Assembly: GCA_051362555.1 (NCBI GenBank)
Contig: CM120647.1
Location: 16,468,651 to 16,532,650 of the forward strand
Length of the DNA: 64,000 nucleotides
Direction of reading: 5' to 3'
DNA from: Lingula anatina
Taxonomy: Eukaryota; Animalia; Brachiopoda
Shown: one piece after another, positions 27,701 to 38,500 of the stretch
Numbering within the stretch: position 1 is the stretch's first letter
Layout of the letters: the number at the start of each line of letters is the position of its first letter
The notes under the pieces: model-generated
Database searches by the model: none
Seen by the model: the letters and a program-made list of their open reading frames with translations, nothing else
What the model was told of the DNA's origin: nothing
Program-made: the position numbers and the translations under genes

Positions 27701-28877
27701 TATTATGCCCTTCTCTCAGATATAGCCTGTTACTACGATATCATTTTTTTCACATTGGATAAAATTTCGGGATGAAAGTTACGATAATGATTTCTTCAAA
27801 ACAACAAAGCTAAAATCGAAGTTATTTACCGTATCCCCGGAGGAAGATGATTTGATAGACCAGTCATTGCCAAAAACTTTTCAACCTTTTGGTTTTCTGT
27901 GGGCTCTTATGAACGATAATACAGAAAGTTGTTTCACCTAAAGTAAAAAGCGAACGTTTAAATACGTCTTATTTTCCACACTGACTTTATAATTATATGA
28001 TCGATAGCATTTTTAATGGATATATTTACCAGTTTTCTTAAAGTATTTTGATATCCCATGTTTTTTGTATTATGAACTCGGAACTTCACTCTCTTGGTTG
28101 CTATTTCAGAATAAATTAAAAAAATTAATGTTTGTGCATTTTTGTATATAATATGTTCATTTTAACCAGTTTTCTGTAAGTTTTTTTATATCCTTAGCTT
28201 TCTATCGAAGTTATTTACCGTATCCCCGGAGGAAGATGATTTGATAGACCAGTCATTGCCAAAAACTTTTCAACCTTTTGGTTTTCTGTGGGCTCTTATG
28301 AACGATAATACAGAAAGTTGTTTCACCTAAAGTAAAAAGCGAACGTTTAAATACGTCTTATTTTCCACACTGACTTTATAATTATATGATCGATAGCATT
28401 TTTAATGGATATATTTACCAGTTTTCTTAAAGTATTTTGATATCCCATGTTTTTTGTATTATGAACTCGGAACTTCACTCTCTTGGTTGCTATTTCAGAA
28501 TAAATTAAAAAAATTAATGTTTGTGCATTTTTGTATATAATATGTTCATTTTAACCAGTTTTCTGTAAGTTTTTTTATATCCTTAGCTTTCTATATTACA
28601 AACGCAATACTTAACCCTCTTGGTTGCTATTTTAGAATAAACCATCATTAATTTTATAAATACTTTCCAGCATAGCAGTTGGCCCATACTGTTTCACGCT
28701 GCGGCCATTTTGTGCGCGGGTGTGGCTACATACAAAGGTGTTAAAACCATAGAGAGGGCCTGTATGGTCATGGTACCCACGCTTCTGGTCATTGTCATAT
28801 TCACATTTATCTGGTCACTCACAAGGAAATGGTCTAATATTGGGCTGACCTATATGTTCACGCCAAGTTGGGGTAAG

Positions 28878-28916
<39 letters not shown>

Positions 28917-31900
28917 GATTTAAAGGCATTTTCTAAAAATATCACAAAATCATTGTATAAACTTGTCTAGTAAAACTTGAAGAACCAAATTTTCATCGCA
29001 AGGTTTAACCGTTTACTTGCTTCTTTAGTGTGCACTCTGTTGAAATATTGACCGAAGTCACGTCATATGTTACACTGTTTGTCCCGAGTGAATATATGAC
29101 CCAAGATCTGGTGCCCGAAGGCGATGGGCCAAAGGCAATAGATCTGTAAAACAAACATTCCAAATTACGTTTTGAATTACCCAATCATAGATGAGAGACA
29201 TATAATGAACGTGACATGAAAATATAATAAACAAAATATATAGAGAACAAAATATTCATTTAATGTATCCCTCTGTTTAGAATCATTCGGAGACCCACGT
29301 CTTTGGGTGGACGCTGTAAGTCAAAATGCGTTTGACACGGGTGCTGGGATGGGTCTTATCATCCCGTATGCGGCCTACATGACCTCCAATCACGGTATCG
29401 TTAGATATGGGACCCTGATACCAGCCACCAATAACATGGTCAGGTCGGTGACTCTCTAAGAGGTTTGACCTCGGATTTTTTAAAAATAATTCAATTATTT
29501 GGGATGCAGATTTAAGAATAACAAATCTTGACAAACGGGGGGAAATTGTAAATGTCACTGCTTTGTAAAAATGTCAAAATATCTAATTATTATTACTATT
29601 TTTTTCATATTATTATTATTATTAAATATATATTTTTTATTTTCATGCTCAATATGGACGTTTTAGATCTCATTTTATTTGCATCTTAACAAACCAATGG
29701 CTTGTAATTTCAGTCTAATCTGCGGGATGACAATCATATCCACTGCCTTCTCGTCCCTAGTTGCACTTCAGCCAACCATCACCCAAGAAGATGTCGTCAA
29801 CATTTTAAAAGATAGTGGACCAGGAAGCACGGGGGTTACTTTTATTTGGTATCTACTTAAAGGCGTATAAGGAGCTTTCGACGTTCATGTAGTAAAATAG
29901 TTTTCCTGGAAATTTCAACTTTTCACTTAAAAACGATATGCCATCTACAGAACCGTTCAAAGAATCTGATACTTCTGCAATATAGCAATTTTTGTTGCCT
30001 CAACTATAATATGATATAAATGGTTGGTTTTAAAATGGAAACTCATTCAAATTATTAAGAATACAAAAAAGCTTAAAACAGCTTTGCATCGTTTTTTACC
30101 GTGATATGTAGATGGGCATTTCCAATCTGGGGAAAAGGAACTTGACGTTTTTCCTATTTTTCATGTAAAACATCAACTTTGTTTGGTGGAGGAACGAAAC
30201 ATCACACCTCGTAAATGAATATAAAAAAGTTTCTTTAAAATTGGCTTTCTTCTTTTCTGACTTTATAAAAAAAACGGTGAAAACCCAAGTCCCACCATAA
30301 TTCCAATCTGATTCTTGATTTCCTAGGGTCCCGGTGTTGTTCCAGGCTGCGGGGGACGAGTTTGGGCGCGTGCTTTGCGTTCTCTTCTTTTTGTGCCTGT
30401 CATTTGCTGGATTGTCGTCTTTAATATCCAACGTTGAACTTCTTGCGCAAACCATGGAGGATTTTGGACGTACGTTAAAGACTGTCTTAGACATGTGTAT
30501 GGCAAAACATTTTATCGTAATATTTTTGAGATCGCCATGAAAACATTTCATTGTTGTTTAGAAAAAAAAAACACGTTTCTAAAACGGTTCATGATTTTTT
30601 TTCCATTAATTACCTCAGGAAGTTGTGTTTATATTGCATCTCACTGATTTTCCAGTAACCACATTATTTAAGTAATATTCTAAAATTTTAATTTAGTTTT
30701 AAGTTATTTAGATGTTGCACTAACCATTTTCTCATCTTACTACCTTCAGTTAAGAGGAAATTCGGCAGTCCCATATCGCTATTGTTGGTATTTCTTATCG
30801 GGCTTCCGTCGGCTTTTAGTCTTGATTTTCTATCAAACCAGGCAAGTGAGAGCTTCTTAAGAATTTCGTCGTTTTATCTCAGTAGGCTTATTAAGTGAGG
30901 TGTGCCCACATGTCAGTTGTGTGACAACAGTTCAAATAGTATTATTTTATGATTTTTGGCACTTAAGGGATAATAATGGACGAATTAGGATAATTTCTGA
31001 CTAACACAGCCAAAAAAAATCAAAGCCTGTTATCTTTTTGCATTTAATTTTTTTTCAATTTATTTCTGTACTGGTACATAGATTGTCATGACCTTGTACA
31101 ATTTGATATACTAATGATGATACAATACAGTTAGTGCATTACCATCTTTATATAATGGACATACGTATCAGTAAAATTACTCATAAAATATTCTATCTAA
31201 GCAATGCGATAAACCTTGGTGTGATTTTAAATTTACCATAAACATACTATAAACATGTTACACAAAAAGAATATGTTTAAACTTAAAACCAAGGTTACAT
31301 AGCTGTTTAAGGCCAGTTTGATGACATGGATAATTACGACTAATGACAATTACATAAGACAGATAAGTAAATAAGTGACACAGATATAAATATTGTGCCA
31401 TGTTCAGTCCCACTGCCGAGTCACTTCTCACAACAGTGGGACCATACACTGACATTTTAAGGGATATGCTAAGAGTTACCAAGCAGAGCAACCACTTCAC
31501 TTCTTTTCTTGAATGATTTGATTATAAAGTTGGAGAGGGACACTAGAGTATCTTTTTTGGCACTGTTAAATACATGGCATAAATGACTGTCTGGTGACCT
31601 GGGATCAGCTTTTAGGATTGAGGTTTTACTTAAAAAAGTGACTCGGTCTGTTTTGTACATTGGGCATTGGAATATAAAATGGTATTCATCTTCAATTACC
31701 CCTTGGGTGCACAGGCGACAGATTCTGTCGCACCTTTCAGTTTTTGGCCTGGTGTGCCGCCCAGTTTCGATGTGGAGTTTATGGTCACTAAGACGTAGTT
31801 TAGCAAGGGTTGACAAGGTGTCATAATTTGTTATTTTATCAACATAAGTTGCCCTTTCACACTTTTGGTTAAGTATACGGAAGAGAGACAATTTACTGTT

Positions 31901-32633
31901 GGCTTGAAGTTTGCTATTGCACATTTGGGTAAAGTGGTCAGTTTTTTAATATTATCTTGATTGCTAAACATTTTATACGCATTTTTCTCATTTAAACACA
32001 TATCATTTTTATCAGTATCATAACTATTAACTTGTTCATTATGGATTACGAATCAAGCTTTTCTCGGCGTCAACATACTCCAGACATAACCCTTTGAACA
32101 CTTTTACTTCAGGATTTCGTCTGGGGGTTCGCGCTGCTCATCAACGGTCTGATGTTACAGGGCCTTGTTATCTTCTACGGCGCCAATACATATCGCCAAA
32201 CTGTGTTCAATAATTTTTCACTAGACGACTGGTATCTGCCGAAGTTGTGGCATTGGATAGTCAAGTAGGTGATATATTTGCAATGCATTTTCTTAGTAGT
32301 ATATCTGTATGTACATGGCTGTACGCGTAGGACTGAAACACAAAACATTTAGACCTTTACATAGCCACAAAAAATGTTATTTCTGTTTTAAATTTTATCC
32401 CGTTTCCTTTTCTCGCTCTTATCAAGGAGTTATATCTGTTATAACTCCTTGATATAAGTTTTTGAGACATCCTTGTACTGAAGATGGAGATTGGCGACTT
32501 TCATTCGTGGCGGTAAAAATTATACATTGAGAACTCGACGGATTTATAGATCGTAACTTTCTGGACGGCTTTGACTAGGTTATATTTGATTATACATGTT
32601 AATTTGTTGAAATCTACCAGATTTTAATATCTT

Positions 32634-32664
<31 letters not shown>

Positions 32665-33512
32665 TTGCTAAAAAAAAGTCCAGACGCGCATGGTATGTCT
32701 TGAAACCAATTTTCTTCAATCGCAGGTTTATAGCGCCTCTGGAGGCCGTGGTGCTTCTGGTATGGTGGGCCATTGACCTCATCGTGTTTGAAGAAGAGAA
32801 GGATCAGCGTTGGTACGAGTTTGGCGCGGAGAGCTTTATGCTCACGATAGTACAGGTAGGCCTACGTATAAGCAGCGGCGACGTCCATTTTTTGGTTCTT
32901 TTCGGATATGGAAAATACATTCATGAAGTGACGTCACTGGTTACGTAGTAAAAACTTGTCATTTACGCTTGTTTACAACTGGAGTGACGCTGAGAGGGGT
33001 CCCAAACATCTAAACTGTTTTCGAATTCGAAAAGGTCCATTTAATAAATTAATTAATTCATCAAACTGTTAATCAGTTGAAGATTTTAAAGCCTTTTAGC
33101 AGGTGTGATTATTTTGTAATCATCTTACACAGGCATGCGCGCGCACACACTCTTAGGCCTATTCACGTTACAAGCATGCATAGGGCCTAATTATAAAGTC
33201 TGCCCTTTTTGTTTATTACTTTTATTTAGTCATTATGGAAGTTTTTATGGGTGTATTTATCTTGTATTTCAGTGGCTGGGATTTATGCTTCTAGTAGTGA
33301 TTGCGAATATCCTGTTGATCAAGTTCCGTCCGCACTGGTTTCAAGTCGCAGAAGTCATACGTCCCAGTCCTAGCACGCCTTACGTCAAATATGGCGCCAA
33401 CGACGACGGTGTCGACATCTTCAGTACATCCGAGAAACTATACGAAAATGAAGACATGGGGAAGAAAACTAAAATGTACGCTGATCACAGTTCTGAAACT
33501 TCTTTTAAGTGA
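24702..33512 (+). CDS. SLC6/NSS sodium-dependent transporter, prokaryote-like, copy 2 (tandem paralogue); 12 exons, ~573 aa
   Basis: Exons: 24702-24737, 26336-26465, 26858-27041, 27454-27568, 28671-28872, 29281-29443, 29714-29848, 30327-30469, 30750-30841 (GC donor), 32113-32264, 32726-32855, 33273-33512. Total 1722 nt in frame. Exons 3-11 have the same lengths as in copy 1. TM1 reads GTVVGTGNIWRFPR. Confidence 0.92.
26243..26296. repeat. (ATA)n(GTA)n trinucleotide repeat just upstream of exon 2 of SLC6 copy 2
   Basis: Directly visible. (ATT)n also occurs at ~28879-28916 and (AAAT)n at ~11264-11297. Confidence 0.92.
27815..28594. repeat. Near-perfect 389-bp direct tandem duplication in intron 4 of SLC6 copy 2
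   Basis: ATCGAAGTTATTTACCGTATCCCCGG begins at both 27815 and 28204. The two copies read as identical by eye. Confidence 0.95.
31060..31940 (-). mobile_element. 5'-truncated non-LTR retrotransposon (LINE): ORF2 C-terminus with CCHC zinc knuckle plus presumed 3' UTR
   Basis: ORF 31469-31924 contains KLRLSDHKLHIETGRH..RCDRICRLC..GVIEDEYHFIFQCPMY..R, the C-terminal motif of invertebrate LINE ORF2 proteins (RTE-X/L2-type). The boundaries are approximate. Confidence 0.82.
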
Positions 33513-35566
33513 AAAGTAATTTTATCAAAAATATAGCGTTCATGCCAGTGACTTTTGGTGCTCAAATTCCATATTTTATTAGGTAGTTGTAAGGCAATTT
33601 AATTTAATATTTTCACGATAATTATATTTTGCAAAATCATGGGAAATATTTTGAATCGAGTATTATATTTAATGGCGGTTTCATTTATGCCTTTTAAAAC
33701 AAGAACATTTAGTAATAAGACTCTTTCTTTCGTCTAAATTTCTTGATTTCTGTGATAGATTTTCTATAGAAATTTCTCTTTGTATTAAATCAGAGTTATT
33801 TGTTTGAATGCCCTACAAAGCTATTGTTTCCTAACGCGGATCTTTTAAGACAAAAACTCAAAATACCCAATGTTAGCATTTCCTTCCAAAATGCCAGGAA
33901 TTCCATGGTGGTCTTAATTATCTCTTTGTTTTTTTTTTGTTTTTTTTTGATATGCAAATACTGAACACAATACAAAGAGTAGACACTGTGTCTCTTCTTT
34001 GTAAAAAATATAAAGTTGACCAAAAAAAAAATGGTTTACCAATTTTTTAAAGTTTATTATTCCGTGTTCATACAATGACAATACGGCAATGTTAAAAAAA
34101 TATCTACATAATTAAAACAGCTGAGAGGTAACAAAACGAATTTTAGAAATGTCATAATTATACAAACTTTTCAATGAAACTTGGTCAGTGGGAAGGAAAA
34201 AGTTATTAATGTGCATTTAACTATGACCATACCTTATGCAATAATTATTCTAGAGGGCAACATCTTTGCCAATTTAACTGTATGAATCATCAAATATATT
34301 CCAGATAAACATTCACAGAATCTATTTAATTCACAATAATAACACATAATTCAACTGTTAACTGCCTGCACTAATTTCCTCCCAATCTTAACCAATGAAT
34401 GGAATATTAAGCAACTATACATAAAATTCAAACATAAATTTCTCTATTAAGATTCATTATTTCAGTATTCATTAATTTCACTAGTATGTAAAAGAATTCA
34501 GAATTATCAACAACACTGTCTTAAGGGAAATCTATTAAACTTTGTTTTATACACAAAGATAGCACAAAAATATCCCTGATATACAAAATGATCCTTTCAT
34601 TTTTTTAATTATCTACTATTATTACCCACAGAAGTACAATTCCCCACTTTGGATACCAACAAGTTTACATATATACACATTTACCTTTATGACAGACAAA
34701 ATAAAAAAGGTGTAAATTTATTTGGATTGGAGAGGCCACTGTCATCCTTAAAAAACTTAAACCTGAAAATTGGTACTTTCAGACAAGATTTTGATTATAA
34801 AAATTCATAGGAATCCTGTTAAATAAAGTTGGCACTGGTCCTAAACTTTTTTTTTTGTAATAAAACAGGTGCAATATTTCACTAAATTGGACAATAACTG
34901 ATATATATATTCACTCAACATGGACTAGAATTTGGGCCTTAAAGTATACACCAATCTTCAGGGTAAAGTTCTCCAGGGAAAGTGTCCCAAATGAAAACAG
35001 ACCAGACCACCTTTCTGACAGCCTTTACTGAAACAGAGTTTTTACACATTTTCAACAAAATCTGCAAATAACTGACTATTCTTCTAACAAATGAAAGTAA
35101 AAATCCTTTTAAAAAAGATAAAAATATCTCCTGTTAATCACACTGAAGATGGCAAAACTGATCAAGGTAAACTGGGAATTGGGGGGGGGGGGGGGGGGGG
35201 GGTTTGGGGGGGGGGGGAGAGCATGCACTAGGGTCATAATAAACCCCACTTAATATTCACTTCTTACATACAAAAAATATAACATTTAAGTGACTACTTG
35301 ACTTCTTGTTTGTATTTCTACTGATGTACTCTTAAAATCCAAGAAAATGAAGAGTTCCATCCACTCTAATCCTCCTTTCGAAAGTTTAGTTCAACTTCCT
35401 AGTACAACAACAACAACCTCAAAATCATCAAAGCTCTCACATACTATAAACTGTAATACTCCAGTTTTTTTCTGTGCCTGAGAAGACATAGAAGTATTAA
35501 CTTTCGGCTTTTCTTGGTCTCCAAATTCAATACTCGGTCTGCTACTGCCCCCTACAGTCTATTCAA

Positions 35567-38500
35567 CTAGAAGATGTCAACATCATCAGGGGCATCCAAG
35601 TCTCTGTACTCTATGATACTCCTGGATTCTCTGGATCTAAAATATAATAAGTGGTAATTGTTTAGAAGTGTGGTAATTACATGTATCTTGTATATGAATA
35701 CTGTAAATTGACCTACAAAAATGATACAAAATACAACAGTGATTTAAAAATTTAACATTTTAAATAATAAGACCTGTATAAATTAAAATCTATAGTTCTT
35801 TTATTAAACAGCGATTAAAAAATTTAACATTTTAAATAATAAGACCTGTATAAATTAAAATATATAATTCTTTTATTAATGTATTTGAAGTCATCAGAAT
35901 AAAAGAAGAAGAAAAAAAACTAATGTTTGATACCATTAGAGATTAAAATAGAAGTTAAAAATGTTGATATCTGGTTGCTAAAAAGTCTGCAAATAATCTT
36001 ATGTGACGCCAATTTGATGTAAGGGTGGAGAAGGGTAGGAGGGGGTCCAAAATTCTGACAGGCAATTACTCTTCATAAAATAACACTCAGTATCCGACAC
36101 AAAAAAGTGCATTCATATGGTTCTATTCCAAGCCAAACAAGTGCTATTTTGGGGGAAAATTATACCACCTATAATTACAAATAAATTAATGCCATGCAAG
36201 CACCTATATTTTGTAACAAATTGCTGAACACATTTAAAGAAGCTTGAATTCTACAAAATTGCTTTTTCACTTGTTTATAAGCTGTGGCACTGTTGCTTGG
36301 GTCACTTTTCCTCCTGTGGTGGTCTACCTAACTACCACACGTAATTATGAATATTACAGCATTAACATCAACACATCTAACAATGTCCTGCATGGTCCAC
36401 TCATATTCAACATAACCATTAAACTAATTGATTTTGTGTTTCAGCACATACATTTCTATATAGAAAGAGGTTCCCAGTCAAATTTACAAATGTTTATATG
36501 AAGCTCCCTTGTTTCTGGGTTTCCATATCTCATTTTCATGGTGTAGCTGATGATGGTACATGAGCTGACTAAACATTGCTTCACAAACATTAAACTAAGT
36601 TCTACACTTTGTAAACTTTTAAGTAGTCCTCCTATATGGTAACAATTGTTGCAACTGATTTGGGTAATTAACAGTTTTAAGAAGTCAAATGTCCCTCAAT
36701 TTAGCAAAGTAAGATGGTAATATGTAGTTATATGGCTTTATGAATGCAAATTGAATGTGTTGCCCCATTCCAGAAATTGCCATTTATAATTCTAAAATAT
36801 CCATTTTGCCAATTTTCAAGATAAATTCTACTGGACTCTCATAAAACTATGAGCATTTATACAATTTTAATAATATTGTTATTATCATTAATCCTTCTGC
36901 TTTAAATCCACTTAGTCTTTCAATTGATACATTTTGTATGAACTAAATTAAAGTACACTTTTCATTCTTTTGGATACACTAAATATGCAAAATCAAAACC
37001 TTTTCATCTCTTACAAAAATCTAAAACTTTTATCATAATGCATGCCCCTTTTCACCAACCTTGTTGTCATAATATTCATCTAAGACAAGACTTAATTCAG
37101 ATATTTATTTTCTGAGTGCCATGTTAGGTGCCTCTATCAAAATAAATAAATAAATAAACATGTAAAACTTTGGCTGTTAATACGCACACTTAACACAATC
37201 AATCCAAGTATTAGCTAAGCTTTTTCTATATACCATATAACAGGAGAAAACACAAAAATCAAATAAAATTAAAAAAAAAAAAAAAATACACGATTAAATA
37301 AAAATCAAATAAAATTTAAAAAAAAAAATAATAACATTGGTATAATACTGGGGGTAGAACAAGGCCAGCTTTACCTTGACAGTCCCACTTGTCGATCATT
37401 GGGTCTACAAGATAATATTTTTTTTTAAATAAGTGTCACATATTCGCACAATGAAACATTACACTAACAAGGGTCCCTCGCACAAACTACTTTTGTTTGA
37501 GACCAGTGGAAAAAAATCAGGAGACATATTAATATTTGTAAAAGGGAACTTAAAAAAATGTCATAACTCCCCCTCCATCCATCCCATACAGCCACTGTCC
37601 TCTCCACACCCCCCCCCCCCCCCCCCCCCCCCCCCAACTGGGAACTCGATATCACCTCATCAATTTTTCCTCCCAAATATACCACAATAGACAGTCGTAA
37701 ACAAAATCAGCTCAGCCATTTTTAAAATGACTCCTGGGATTCCTCATTTCCTTCAGTTAATCAAGCTGCCAAAGATTTTATATATGCAAAGAATAAAACA
37801 TTTTAACCAATCAAACTTACCTAGAATAGTTGCTGCGCCCCTGAGGTCTATCTCCCAGTCTGAAAAATACCAAGATTACAGATATATACATCAGCACCTC
37901 AAAAACAGAACTTTCAATAAAATTATATTTTTACTCAAATTTTTTGCAAGTTTTACTCACTTACCACTTAAAATTAAACTGAATATTGCAAATATATAAA
38001 TATTTCCCATGCTGGCTCCAAAAACTAAAACACGTGACATCTGGTAAGTCTCTTCCTTTTCTCCATTCATCAATATGAAGTGACCTTAACCTCACCTTGA
38101 CCTTGCTGATAACTGAGGTCTCCTGTAAGGATCCTGTCTGTATGGCTCCTCTCTCCTCCCTCCATAGTTAGGGGACTGATACTGGGGCGGGGGACCTCCT
38201 GAAGATAAATAAGCAAAATTATTATTTCAATACAGAAGGGCATTTTACTACAGGACTATAGATTGGTATCAGTTACCACAAACAGCAGCTACAGTAGCAT
38301 CATTGGACATCTTTAAAAACACAGAAACTTAAGAACTGAATCTATGTTCTCTCTCTCTGTCTCTCACAACAATTCCAGTATTACCACAACTAGAGATATA
38401 AAACCTGAGACATTTATTTATTTGGGTATAACTTTCACATAATTTTCCCTTAGAAGACATTATTTGTTTCCTAAAAAACAAACTATTAGCTGGGTAAAAG

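Noticed and set aside
36290-36330. Possible alternative terminal Ars2 exon (RPPQEEK*)
   Set aside because: The acceptor has no polypyrimidine tract and there is no other support.
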